In this document: positions 36,723 through 46,411 of the stretch, in pieces
Numbering within the stretch: the first letter of the stretch is position 1
How the letters are laid out: every line of letters starts with the position of its first letter
DNA from: Agitococcus sp.
GTDB taxonomy: Bacteria > Pseudomonadota > Gammaproteobacteria > Pseudomonadales > Moraxellaceae
Length of the DNA stretch: 64,000 nucleotides
Reading direction: 5' to 3'
Assembly (NCBI GenBank): GCA_030646715.1
Contig: JAUSLJ010000034.1
Span: 5,423 to 69,422 of the forward strand
Translations under genes and position numbers: made by a program
The notes under the pieces: model-generated
Database searches by the model: none
The model's input: only the letters and a program-made list of their open reading frames with translations
What the model was told of the DNA's origin: nothing

Positions 36723-39700
36723 CTATTTCGGCACTTTCGGTATATGTTGATTATTCGGGTTGTAGTCATCTATCAATTTCTGCGCTGAGTTTCCCGATAA
36801 AAACCGCTTCTCATCAAGATTCTGTACCGCTTCGGACATACGAATCCCTAATTCGGACTTGTAGAACGCCCTACGTTCATCCTGCGGCAAGCTGATATTA
36901 TACCTTGCCAATTCAACCGCTAAGTGACGCGCCTGCATTTTTCGCTCACGTTCGATACTTGGTAAAGTATCTGCCGTTACTGCATCTGGCTTTAATTCGT
37001 TTAACCATCCATTTGCTTTAGCCGATGCCTCAAGTAGGCGGGTAGCTCTTGGGTCATGGCTTTTTTCATGCTGAAAATCAGTCAACGTGTCGCTAACATC
37101 ACGATAATACCGATCTTGATGCGGTACTTGGCTTTTGTTGTTGACATCGGTTTTATTAACTTCATTTGTTCCCTGCAAATAGGCCAACTCTACGGCATGA
37201 CCACCATCTTTTACTTTCCCAGACGCAATAGCCTGAATATGTCGTCCTTGTTGTCTCAGATCTTGTTCTGACAGCCCTGATCCTTGTAGATTCCATGCTG
37301 CATCTGCACTATCGGCAATCGTTTGATGGCTGGTTGCAGTGAGAGTAGTTAAGGGGGTATTCAGTTTGGTATCATCCACAACGCCATCATAATAGGTTGC
37401 AGCGATATGTGCAGCCTGCTCAGGTGCTGTTTCGCGTAAAGCCATCCAGCGCGCGACAAGACTCTTCGCTTCGGGAGAAAAGCCCTTGGTCTCAAACTGA
37501 TTCACTTTTTGTTGCCAATTGTCATAATTAGCCGTTTGCTCAACACCTGCGCTGGCTTGAAAGAAACTCTCTCTAAAGCTGGCATCATTGCCAATGCGTG
37601 TTACCAGTTGATTGGCATCAAACTCGCCTTGAGTTTGTAGAGCAGCCTCTCTGGTGCGTGCCTCTTTTGCTTCTTCGCTATACTGCATCACTTGCGATGC
37701 GGAGTGGTTGAGCGAGTCCTCCTGCTTTAAGTTTTTGCTATCAGTGACAGTTTTGGCTATGCCGAATAAGTCACCAGAACTCAATCTGTTTTTAATGGCC
37801 GCTTGAGCCGCCTCACTTTTACTCGCCTGAATATCAGTACCCAGATTTTCTTGTAATGCGCCTTTTTGACTAAGACTGCCAGACTTCTCGTTGCCCTTGG
37901 TTTCTTGGAAACCTGTATTCTCACTTGAATTAGTCGTTTCTGAACCAGAAAGTTCAGCATGGGCATTCACAAGAGCAGCCAGTGATCTTGCTCCAGACAA
38001 AGCACTGGCACCACCAAATACAGGCTTACTGCCGCCACTCGCAGCTGCCCCTGATGCGGGAAATTGGCTTGCTGCGGATGTGGTACTGCCTCCACCTAAG
38101 TTCAATCCTGCCCCCCATGATTTTGTCGCAGCAACCAACTCGGTGACATTCCTGGACGTGCTTGAGTTATCACCTTCTGTTTTTTTTCTATCCGCACCCT
38201 GAGTGTTATCTGAAGTCACTCTTGCGCCACTGCCTTCCATGTTTTTCAGATCAGCCATGATTTGTTTGCCGCGTTCCGTATCTTTGAGCGAGCTAAACAG
38301 GTTTTCGACACGAGACATACCACCGACGGCATAGGCATCACCGATAGCTTTGACAAAGCCTTGTTCCGCTTTTTCACTTCGGCCAGTGGCACTGGCCAGA
38401 CTCTCGCTATGACTGTTTTTAAGCGTCTCGCCAACACCCATACTGAGCATTCGTGGCATACCCGTGGCTTGGGTCTGGCCAAATCCCTCCTGCTTAAAAA
38501 AGCTACTCACCGAGGCCAATGCCTCTGACCGCACGGGATCAGGCACATTTTGTTTCTCATTATAATAGTCACGACCTCCCCAGCGTTGGGCAATCTGCGT
38601 CGTGGCATACATAGAGCCTGTGAATATGCCCATACAGATTAAAGGCACTGAACCCAGTACATCACCCGCCAATGCCACTTTGGTTGAAAGCTGATCATAG
38701 AATTGAGGGGCGTTATAGACGTTGAGAAAAAACTCCGAACCGCCAGCAGAGTCTACGGAATTACCGATCTGTAGCTGAATAAAGTAATTAACAATGGCGG
38801 CAACAGGTAGCCACATTTGTGTACTCATACCAAATAAAGCAAACGACCCCACGGCTTTTACGCCTTGCATCCCTAATATCACTAAGACCAACGCCATAAT
38901 CGGTGTTAGCGCATAAAATAGAAAAATCATGATGTTCATGCCATGAATCATCACTTTCGAGAAAAAGCTACCACCTGCCGCTGCGTCTTCTTTCCACTGC
39001 TCACTAGCCGCTGTAAAAGGCATACACCGTGCCATATCTGCTTCCGTGGCATATTGAGACGCACAGTACATTGCACCGTTAATATGCGGACTAAACAGCG
39101 TTAACAGTACAAAATCTTTGGCCTGAGTTGACCCGCCTTTAACCAATCCAGTGAATGCTTGCTCGTAATTATCAAATCGGTAAGGTTCATTACCGTTGGC
39201 ACCACGACCTTCACCCATACCCGCATTCATAAATATTTCTACCGCATTCAAACCTTTAGGGTTAACAACACCATTGCCTGTCATTTTTTTAATAAATATA
39301 TTATCCAGTTCGGTTTGCAGGTTGGCTTTAGCAGTTGCACAAGACACGCCCTCGCCTTGTGGTTTGGCATCGGAGTAGTACATGGTGATACCAGCGACGG
39401 CTCCCCCTGCATCTAATAAATACTGAACTGGCGCACTACTTTTCTTATAATCGGCTTCATTGAAGCCATCACGGCCATTAACACAGTCAATAGCGAACAT
39501 TTGCATGGATTGGGTGAGAAACGGAAAACTATTAGCAACTTGATTTTGCCCGCTTTTTAGTGAATTGAGCACTTTGAGGGGTGTCATAAAACCCTCGGCT
39601 GACATGGAGATGTAATTGCCATCCACTGTCGCAAACACGGTCTCGAAGGCTTTGGTGGTATGGTACATAATGCCGCTAATCACCGTTGCGGGTATCGCAA

Positions 39701-40034
39701 TGCCTGCGGGAACATTCGCAACGACGGCAACCTGGCCAGAATAAACATCTTCTATTTGCAGGTCTATTTTCGGGACAAACAACACGACATAGAGCATAAA
39801 AGGCAACATGAAGTGCTTAACATCGAATTTCTTGGACAGCACACCGTTGTACATGAAGATGAGTAGGCCAACAATCATGCCTAAATACGGGCCATAACCT
39901 AGTCCTAAAGGGTTGTCGTTAGACACCCATAATCCTGACACATCATCGTTATCGGTGCTAAATATCATGGCAATGGCGTTAAAGGCGGCTTGGAAGACGT
40001 GTAAATCGCCCAATGTGTACATCGTGAAATCCAT
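36723..40034 (-). CDS. traG: F-type mating-pair stabilisation / pilus assembly protein TraG (TraG_N domain)
   Basis: 1103 aa with a polytopic N-terminal half typical of TraG_N and a Gly/Ser/Ala-rich linker. It sits at the end of the tra operon, as in F-like systems. Confidence 0.8.
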   Translation of the reverse strand: MDFTMYTLGDLHVFQAAFNAIAMIFSTDNDDVSGLWVSNDNPLGLGYGPYLGMIVGLLIFMYNGVLSKKFDVKHFMLPFMLYVVLFVPKIDLQIEDVYSGQVAVVANVPAGIAIPATVISGIMYHTTKAFETVFATVDGNYISMSAEGFMTPLKVLNSLKSGQNQVANSFPFLTQSMQMFAIDCVNGRDGFNEADYKKSSAPVQYLLDAGGAVAGITMYYSDAKPQGEGVSCATAKANLQTELDNIFIKKMTGNGVVNPKGLNAVEIFMNAGMGEGRGANGNEPYRFDNYEQAFTGLVKGGSTQAKDFVLLTLFSPHINGAMYCASQYATEADMARCMPFTAASEQWKEDAAAGGSFFSKVMIHGMNIMIFLFYALTPIMALVLVILGMQGVKAVGSFALFGMSTQMWLPVAAIVNYFIQLQIGNSVDSAGGSEFFLNVYNAPQFYDQLSTKVALAGDVLGSVPLICMGIFTGSMYATTQIAQRWGGRDYYNEKQNVPDPVRSEALASVSSFFKQEGFGQTQATGMPRMLSMGVGETLKNSHSESLASATGRSEKAEQGFVKAIGDAYAVGGMSRVENLFSSLKDTERGKQIMADLKNMEGSGARVTSDNTQGADRKKTEGDNSSTSRNVTELVAATKSWGAGLNLGGGSTTSAASQFPASGAAASGGSKPVFGGASALSGARSLAALVNAHAELSGSETTNSSENTGFQETKGNEKSGSLSQKGALQENLGTDIQASKSEAAQAAIKNRLSSGDLFGIAKTVTDSKNLKQEDSLNHSASQVMQYSEEAKEARTREAALQTQGEFDANQLVTRIGNDASFRESFFQASAGVEQTANYDNWQQKVNQFETKGFSPEAKSLVARWMALRETAPEQAAHIAATYYDGVVDDTKLNTPLTTLTATSHQTIADSADAAWNLQGSGLSEQDLRQQGRHIQAIASGKVKDGGHAVELAYLQGTNEVNKTDVNNKSQVPHQDRYYRDVSDTLTDFQHEKSHDPRATRLLEASAKANGWLNELKPDAVTADTLPSIERERKMQARHLAVELARYNISLPQDERRAFYKSELGIRMSEAVQNLDEKRFLSGNSAQKLIDDYNPNNQHIPKVPK

Positions 40035-40043
40035 GTTCTTGTC

Positions 40044-40400
40044 CTATTTATTACCGCTCGGTGGATTGCCGTCGCTGCAAATATCAAACTGTACCTTTGT
40101 CCAAAAATCACCGACTTGACCATCTAAACGTGGGGTATTCTTGATAGTCGTAGTCGCTTGAATGCGGCCGCACTGGTCATCAATCGGATGCACTAATTCC
40201 GTGGTAATCATGATTGGCCCTTGGGCATGTGTTTCGCTTAATATGGTATCGGCATACGATCCAACCAGTTGTGCGCTCTGTGGCACGGTCAAACGCACTT
40301 GTTTTCTGGCTAACTGGTTAATATTAGTGATGGTCAGGGCGTATGATGGCCATGCACTCACCAGCGCAATGACACCCATAACGACGAATTTGATGTTCAA
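40044..40400 (-). CDS. Secreted small protein (118 aa) between traN and traG
   Basis: Signal peptide 'VVMGVIALVSAWPSYA'. 4-nt overlap with the upstream gene. Confidence 0.5.
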   Translation of the reverse strand: MNIKFVVMGVIALVSAWPSYALTITNINQLARKQVRLTVPQSAQLVGSYADTILSETHAQGPIMITTELVHPIDDQCGRIQATTTIKNTPRLDGQVGDFWTKVQFDICSDGNPPSGNK

Positions 40401-41776
40401 GGTGTTACTCCTGATTGCGTTGTTGGGTCATAGGAAATGTCGGGGGATTGTGTGGCCGTTGCTTTATCGACACGGGATTTAGCGCGCTCCTGCCAATACT
40501 CCTCATCTTCGTGTACACCTTCACGGCTATATTCATCGGGAATAATGTCTTTAAGAAATTCGGACAGATCCATTTTGCCAAGGTCAAGTTTTTGAAATTC
40601 TTCTAAATTAAAGCCGCCACAATTAGGATTTTCGGCCGTCCCCAAACTGACACCAATCTGTTGTTTTCCCTGATAGTTGATAATTTTGGCGAGTTTGGAG
40701 TTAAAACAGCAAAAGCCTTTGCTTTGTTCGGTGCAAGCACCAAGGACTTCTTTTGAGCAATAATCCCCTCCCACTTGAAAACACAAGCTATTCCCACGTT
40801 TAACACCAAGCTGTTGCTCTTCTGGTTTACAACTCATGGCCTCCACCACCAACATGACGGCGATGGCCAAGCCAAAAGCAAGGGGATTGAAGTAAAAGCC
40901 ATTGCCCAAGCTAGTCGATTGAACGCCCATTGTTGAAGTTTGAGCGACCGCTCCCGAAGTCCAGCCGAAGCCCATAAAACTAAAATTGAATGCGGGTGCA
41001 GCGGCAGCAGCTCCACTACCTGCGGCGGCTGTTGACGTTGCAGCGGACGTGGCTTGAGCACCACTGACCATTGCTTTGGCTTGGGCAATCACGTCTTGAA
41101 CATAAGGGGTAGCTTTGAATTTGGCGTAGTCATAGCCATATTTTGCGGTCGTCATAATCGTTTCAAAAGCGACTTGGTTTGAGGTGCTGGGTCGGCCTGC
41201 GCTTGCCTCGGTTTCAATGTCACAGCAACTTTTTAAGCCGCCCCAGCCTTCGCGACAATGTTCTGGATTGCCATCGAAAAATACGCCTTTCTCTGGGTCG
41301 AAATAACGTCCCGCTTCTCGAACTGCTTCAAGGTTGCCAATCACCTGAGCCATGTCCTTATCTGCGCTATAGCCCGTATCAAAGCAGGTGCCATCCATGC
41401 AGAATGTTTTTACCGCACAGGAGCTATGTTCGGTTTTGGCGGGATTAATATCACAACGATAGGTTTTTTTCGCGGCCGCACAATCATCTGTTCCATCTTG
41501 CAAACAATCAGAAGCCATTTCATAACAGCCTTGTCCTCTGAACGTTGCACAGTCATTTGTTGTGGCAATCACCGATGACTGACACTGATATTGTTTTTCC
41601 AATCGCCAACAGTCGCGAAAGACCTCGTAACCGCCAATTTTTTTGATGCCTGCGCCCTCTACACACGTCTGTTGAACGACGTGGCATACTTTTGCCGCAT
41701 ACGAAGCCTGGCTAAAAGAGGCGATAAATAGCGCACTGAGATAATAGAGAACACTAACAAGGGTGAGATTTTTCAT
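40397..41776 (-). CDS. traN: F-type mating-pair stabilisation protein TraN (short form)
   Basis: It has a signal peptide and a dense conserved-Cys pattern 'CVEGAGIKKIGGYEVFRDCWRLEKQYQC...DCATF...CYEM..DC...CMDGTCFD...'. The C-terminal 'FCCFNSKLAKIINYQGKQQIG...NPNCGGFNLEEFQKLDLGKMDLSEF' is characteristic of TraN. Confidence 0.8.
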   Translation of the reverse strand: MKNLTLVSVLYYLSALFIASFSQASYAAKVCHVVQQTCVEGAGIKKIGGYEVFRDCWRLEKQYQCQSSVIATTNDCATFRGQGCYEMASDCLQDGTDDCAAAKKTYRCDINPAKTEHSSCAVKTFCMDGTCFDTGYSADKDMAQVIGNLEAVREAGRYFDPEKGVFFDGNPEHCREGWGGLKSCCDIETEASAGRPSTSNQVAFETIMTTAKYGYDYAKFKATPYVQDVIAQAKAMVSGAQATSAATSTAAAGSGAAAAAPAFNFSFMGFGWTSGAVAQTSTMGVQSTSLGNGFYFNPLAFGLAIAVMLVVEAMSCKPEEQQLGVKRGNSLCFQVGGDYCSKEVLGACTEQSKGFCCFNSKLAKIINYQGKQQIGVSLGTAENPNCGGFNLEEFQKLDLGKMDLSEFLKDIIPDEYSREGVHEDEEYWQERAKSRVDKATATQSPDISYDPTTQSGVTP

Positions 41777-41794
41777 AACAGGGCAGACCTTTTA

Positions 41795-43162
41795 TTACAG
41801 ACTGGGGCAGTTGCCATGCCAGTCATCATGAAAGGTCGGGACTTTAGAAAACATTCTCAGGGTGATTTTATTGGTCCACCGCGCTCCTGCTCCATCATGG
41901 ATATTGTGAAAATTGATATCGCCTGATTTGCCGAAAACCAACTTCACTTTACAGTTTTGTTGATCCACCTCCGCGACGGAAACCGTGCCTACCGTACAAG
42001 GTTTACCATCACATCCACCTCCTGACGCATTGGCCACGACGCGAAAATTCTGCGGGCTAAATAAGGCACAATTAAAATAACTGGGCTTATCAACCGCTTG
42101 AAATGCCGTTTTTCCCTGCAACTGGAAAGGATCATCGCGCCACGCCATCAATAAGCCGCCATTATCACGCAGCTCAGCGTAATTTATGTCAGCCGAGTCA
42201 TGTTCTAAATCAACCCATAACCAGATATTGGCATCGTCCTCTTCTCCCAACTGGCTGTATTCTTTGAGGAATTGATTCTGGGCGACGATATTACCCGTCG
42301 CTGTAGGATTGACGCACTGACACGTTCCATCTCTGGCACAACTAAACCTATCGCAGTGCAGTTCTTCCATATTGCATTGGGCGTCTGCTCCATAAGTATG
42401 TGATATATCAATACCGACAAAGCGATACGGCTTACTGTTGACCATCACTATTTTATTAGGGTCAAAATTCTTGCCAAAAAACGTAAACCGCCCACTGTCG
42501 TTATTACACCAGGCGCGATATTTCCGCAGATCGGTATTGATGATAAAGGTGTAATCAATGTCTTTAGTTTCTGTCGTTAAGCCGACCGCCAGACTCTCAC
42601 CACACTTTTCTGGTTTGAACATATTTTCGATGCAACTATGTTCGCTATAAGCATCTGACTTCACCGCTGTCGGCAAGTCGCAGCTTGAACTATTGATATC
42701 GGTGGCTGCTTTTTTCGCATTAACATAGCCAGTGAATAACGGATCTTTGGTTTTATCGAGCGTGAAGTGAGAGTCATTTTTGCGTTTAGCCAAAAAGTTG
42801 ATAGCCTCGCACTCTTTACGTTCCGCGACACTGAGCGTTGATAAGTCAGTGCTGGCACAAAAATCTTTACGCTCATCACCTTTGTTTTTTGGAACAACAT
42901 TGGGGTCGTAATAAGCTGCTTCTTTAGGCGTGGTTTTGTGTTCAGGTACGGCATAATCCGCTGATTGATTAGACACCATACCTTGTGTAGCTGTTTTGGC
43001 ATCATTAGCAAAACTTTTGCCTGCCTCTAATACATCCATTTCCGACAATGACCCAGACTTTAGCGTCGATGTCGTCAATGGCTGATACGGAAAATCTTCC
43101 GCCATCGAAGGTGTGGCCAGCACGATAGCAAGCAAACATAGGGCAATACGGTACACGCTCAC
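41795..43162 (-). CDS. Cys-rich secreted protein (455 aa), TraN-associated, unknown family
   Basis: It has a signal peptide and roughly 20 Cys. It occupies the slot just upstream of traN. It does not resemble F TraH or TraF as I recall them. Confidence 0.5.
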   Translation of the reverse strand: MSVYRIALCLLAIVLATPSMAEDFPYQPLTTSTLKSGSLSEMDVLEAGKSFANDAKTATQGMVSNQSADYAVPEHKTTPKEAAYYDPNVVPKNKGDERKDFCASTDLSTLSVAERKECEAINFLAKRKNDSHFTLDKTKDPLFTGYVNAKKAATDINSSSCDLPTAVKSDAYSEHSCIENMFKPEKCGESLAVGLTTETKDIDYTFIINTDLRKYRAWCNNDSGRFTFFGKNFDPNKIVMVNSKPYRFVGIDISHTYGADAQCNMEELHCDRFSCARDGTCQCVNPTATGNIVAQNQFLKEYSQLGEEDDANIWLWVDLEHDSADINYAELRDNGGLLMAWRDDPFQLQGKTAFQAVDKPSYFNCALFSPQNFRVVANASGGGCDGKPCTVGTVSVAEVDQQNCKVKLVFGKSGDINFHNIHDGAGARWTNKITLRMFSKVPTFHDDWHGNCPSL

Positions 43163-43935
43163 CCGCCTTTTTTCAGATATTGGTTGGCAATTCCCGACAG
43201 CGTGGAATCGGACTGTTCTTGGATTTTTTCTAACGCATAGTCTACTGGAATATCACCATAAACCACGGCAAACAAACTCTGCGGCGCACACCCTGTTTCA
43301 GTAATTAGGCTATCACCTACAGGTTGAGCGACAACCAATGCTGGCACTTCGGTAATGGCAAACTGTTTGAAGGCGACGGGATTAATTTGAATCTCAGGAT
43401 AATGTTCAAGCTTAAAAGCGAAAATATATTGCCTCAAGCCCTTTAAACTTAAAGGCTTGTCGCCCATCGCGCCGCGAAAAACGACCGTAACTCCATATTC
43501 TTGTGCCTGTGTCAGTAACTCTTTGACGGTTTTTTCAGGGATACTGGCACTTAGAAATAGCAGTACGGCGTTTTTCTTGGCATCAACAGAAACGGTTTTT
43601 TGGTACTGGTCTAGCCATTTATTGATATCAATGGCACTCCGCACCTGCTCTAGTGGTGGTGCTTTAATATCAAGATTGGGTACTCGTGCCGTGGCTTGTA
43701 GGTCGCCAATCGCCTGCGGCGTTAAACTCTTTTGCTGGAGATCACGCTCGTTCGTTGGTTTGATTTCTTGCTGTGTGGCGCGTAATTGCTGAATCGTAGG
43801 GAACGGCGATTGATGAACACTCTGAATAATTCGTTCATCAGGGAAAATGGCAGGATTAGCCGACACATGACCACAAGCTAGCATCGCGATGAAGCTCCAG
43901 GTTTTATTCAAAAACTTATCGCTCCCTGACAACAA
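43159..43935 (-). CDS. trbC: F-type pilus assembly protein TrbC
   Basis: 'LLFLSASIPEKTVKELLTQAQEYGVTVVFRGAMGD...INPVAFKQFAITEVPALVV' matches the TrbC pattern (vFvS.SMP...L..l...A...G..vVlRG...IdP.lF..y.I..VPa.vv). Synteny after traU fits. Confidence 0.75.
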   Translation of the reverse strand: MLSGSDKFLNKTWSFIAMLACGHVSANPAIFPDERIIQSVHQSPFPTIQQLRATQQEIKPTNERDLQQKSLTPQAIGDLQATARVPNLDIKAPPLEQVRSAIDINKWLDQYQKTVSVDAKKNAVLLFLSASIPEKTVKELLTQAQEYGVTVVFRGAMGDKPLSLKGLRQYIFAFKLEHYPEIQINPVAFKQFAITEVPALVVAQPVGDSLITETGCAPQSLFAVVYGDIPVDYALEKIQEQSDSTLSGIANQYLKKGG

Positions 43936-44918
43936 TCGCGTTTACGAAAAATCAGATAACTAAAATCTTCGCCAATAGCAGGAATCTCTTTCCCTACACC
44001 CCAAGTAATGGTGGATTTACCAAAAGGCTGACAGCATTTACCGTCAATTTTGTCTGTCTGCGGAATAGGAAAAGTCATCTGATATTTGTAGGTGGTTTTA
44101 TCAATAAGAATTTGTGGGTAATAGCCACACATACCTGCTGAACCCGTAGAAGCCCACATAATGCCCTCACGGTGCATCTTGGTGATCAGTCGCTGCGTCA
44201 ACATCGAGGAGGTCACGACTCCGCCATAATGGTAAATGTTGCGCCCCGATAAGGGATAAATCATGCCATTGCAACCTGCACACCAATGCAAGGCTTTTAA
44301 TGGCCAACCTGCTGTTGCAGCAATACAGTCGGCACTACACGCAGCGACAGCGATAGGATTGCCATATAAAAAGGCATCGGGATTGAAGATATTATTCAGC
44401 TCATCATCAACCCATGACGGGTCGGCTTCGGTCAGGTACGCTAAATCAAAACCCTTACGTTCGATGCAAGCATCGTCTAGCAGTAAGCCCAAGTAATACA
44501 TCATCGGGTTAAGGTAGTAATGGGCATGGTAAAAAGACTCTACCCGTGTCGAATCCATTGTGTCCTTACTGACCTTACCAGGAGCGTCCGCAGGCAATCC
44601 TGCACCCGCCTCAATGCCGCCCAAGCCCACCAAGCAGTAAGGCTTTCTAGTAATATCGACTTGACGCACAGGCTCCCAAAAACCCACAGGTACACCAATG
44701 TTGGCATTACACAGGCATGGCGTGGATGGTGTTGTCGGAATATCTTGTTGCCCACCAAAGTCTAAAGTCTTACCAAATAAAGTGATGGGGAAGGCGCAAC
44801 TCCAGCACACATCGGTGATTGGATTCATAAATTTTCCTTGGCAGTTATCGCCAGCACCAGCCCCCATCGAGGCCAATACCAAAACACTGATAGCAAAGAA
44901 CTTAAAGAGCAATTTCAT
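43908..44918 (-). CDS. traU: F-type conjugal transfer protein TraU
   Basis: 'CQGKFMNPITDVCWSCAFPITLFG' is the hallmark TraU N-terminal motif. It is 336 aa with a signal peptide. Confidence 0.88.
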   Translation of the reverse strand: MKLLFKFFAISVLVLASMGAGAGDNCQGKFMNPITDVCWSCAFPITLFGKTLDFGGQQDIPTTPSTPCLCNANIGVPVGFWEPVRQVDITRKPYCLVGLGGIEAGAGLPADAPGKVSKDTMDSTRVESFYHAHYYLNPMMYYLGLLLDDACIERKGFDLAYLTEADPSWVDDELNNIFNPDAFLYGNPIAVAACSADCIAATAGWPLKALHWCAGCNGMIYPLSGRNIYHYGGVVTSSMLTQRLITKMHREGIMWASTGSAGMCGYYPQILIDKTTYKYQMTFPIPQTDKIDGKCCQPFGKSTITWGVGKEIPAIGEDFSYLIFRKRDCCQGAISF

Positions 44919-45537
44919 CTATCCTTAATCTCAAGCCTTCTTGATAGACCCGACTAGGTACGGCTTTTAGATTGAGTTTGGCCGTCATACTGCCCTTTTG
45001 GTCGAAGTACACTGTGCGCTGCCATTGCTTTGATAATTCGAGATAAGAGCCGTTGACCAAAATAGGCACAGCTCTCGGCTCATGTTCCAGCCAAGATTTA
45101 GCCCAAGCCACCTGTTTGGCATCCTCACCATCAAAAAAGAGCATGGATTTTGTCAGCGGAATTTTCTCAATGGGATTAACAAGCGTGCCGACAGGCACAA
45201 TAAGCCGACCGTCTTGGTCAGTGATATTTTCGGTGACGATAATGGTGGGGTCGAAATAAAAGGTATTATTTTTACTGGCGGCACTGAGTCCACTCACGGC
45301 GGTAGGATGGTTGATTGAGTTTAAAGCATGCTCCTGCATTTCTTTTTGCTTGTTGGCCAGCCAACCACTCTGCTCTAAGCCTGCCAGTTTTTCATAAATA
45401 GCGGCCAACATATCTTTTTCTTGAATAGGATAAGTCTGCCCAAAGCGTCCTATTTCCTCCGCTTTTGCCAACGACTGACATAGGCTTACAACCATCACCA
45501 AGCTAAGGCTTCGCCCAACAACACGTCTAGCGGACAT
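44902..45537 (-). CDS. traW: F-type conjugal transfer protein TraW
   Basis: 'YPIQEKDMLAAIYEKLAGLEQSG...FYFDPTI...DGRLIVPVGTLVNPI...FFDGEDAKQVAWAK...VYFDQKG' aligns by eye along the whole length with F TraW. Confidence 0.85.
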   Translation of the reverse strand: MSARRVVGRSLSLVMVVSLCQSLAKAEEIGRFGQTYPIQEKDMLAAIYEKLAGLEQSGWLANKQKEMQEHALNSINHPTAVSGLSAASKNNTFYFDPTIIVTENITDQDGRLIVPVGTLVNPIEKIPLTKSMLFFDGEDAKQVAWAKSWLEHEPRAVPILVNGSYLELSKQWQRTVYFDQKGSMTAKLNLKAVPSRVYQEGLRLRIDEIAL

Positions 45538-45549
45538 AGAAGAAAGCCT

Positions 45550-46257
45550 TTATTTACTATCAAGCCAATAGTCAATTTCACTGGCCTTCAACGCGCCAGC
45601 CTGCTGCTTACCATCACCACGCATTAGGGTTGGCGTACCGACAACATTAAGTTTTTCACCCAAGGCCAAGTTTTTTGCCAAGGGATTAGGGCAGTCCAGC
45701 TTTGCCGTTGGTTGAATATTATTGATAAGCAGATTACGCCAAGCATTTGCCTGATTAGGGCTACACCACACACTGATCGCTTTATTCAAAGCATCAGGAT
45801 GCAAGCCTTGAAGGGGATAAGGAAAGACATGAATGGTGACGTTATCCAGCTTGGCAAGCTCAGGTTCGAGTTTTTTACAGTAATGACAGTCGGGGTCAGA
45901 AAAGACGAATAACGCTCTACTTCCCCTACCCTGCACAAAGGTAATTGCCGAATCCAAGGGCAACGCGCCGACATCTACTTTGTTCAAGTCTTTTTGCCGT
46001 TCTGCGGTTAGATCACGTTGCGTGGCCATATCCATGATATGACCAAAGAGAAAATAATCTCCAGCAGCATCGGTATAAGCGACATTCTTACCCATGATGA
46101 TTTCAAACAAACCGTTAAATTGGCTTTTTTGAACGCTGGTGAATTGCGTTTTTGGATACTTGGCTTTGAGCCGCTGCAACACTTCGCCGTCATCATCCGC
46201 CAAGGCATTGCCAACCATTACTACTAATATAACGGCGAGAGTCCACTTTGTCTTCAT
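45550..46257 (-). CDS. dsbC: DsbC-like thiol:disulfide interchange protein
   Basis: The thioredoxin CxxC motif is in 'FSDPDCHYCKKLEPEL'. The signal peptide MKTKWTLAVILVVMVGNALA starts at the internal ATG 46257. The ORF-track start at 46389 adds 44 unlikely residues. Confidence 0.8.
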   Translation of the reverse strand: MKTKWTLAVILVVMVGNALADDDGEVLQRLKAKYPKTQFTSVQKSQFNGLFEIIMGKNVAYTDAAGDYFLFGHIMDMATQRDLTAERQKDLNKVDVGALPLDSAITFVQGRGSRALFVFSDPDCHYCKKLEPELAKLDNVTIHVFPYPLQGLHPDALNKAISVWCSPNQANAWRNLLINNIQPTAKLDCPNPLAKNLALGEKLNVVGTPTLMRGDGKQQAGALKASEIDYWLDSK

Positions 46258-46411
46258 CACTTGCCTAAATAAAATACTATCTGTTATTACTAATATATAA
46301 TAACAGACAAGCCTCTTTAACTCAATTCTACTAATAACAGATATATTTATTAGCACATTTTGAGCGTAGGTCTCTATCCGCAATTTCAACTAACCCATTA
46401 CGGAGACGACT

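Noticed and set aside
37891-38528. Plus-strand ORFs (37891-38202, 38262-38528) and the minus-strand out-of-frame ORF 38246-38482 inside traG, and similar ORFs inside brxC (6801-7165)
   Set aside because: They are embedded in long, well-supported genes, in low-complexity Ala/Gly/Ser- or Ala/Pro-coding stretches that leave alternative frames open.
41795-43162. 455-aa protein as TraH or TraF
   Set aside because: The sequence does not resemble F TraH as I recall it and has no thioredoxin-like TraF features. Only the Cys-rich secreted character is supportable.
46258-46389. 44-codon N-terminal extension of the DsbC-like ORF (and, similarly, 58848-58955 for ArdC)
   Set aside because: The DsbC signal peptide starts at the internal Met (46257). 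The ArdC family N-terminus (..DLYQ.vT..i...LE) starts at the Met at 58956. The extensions look non-functional.
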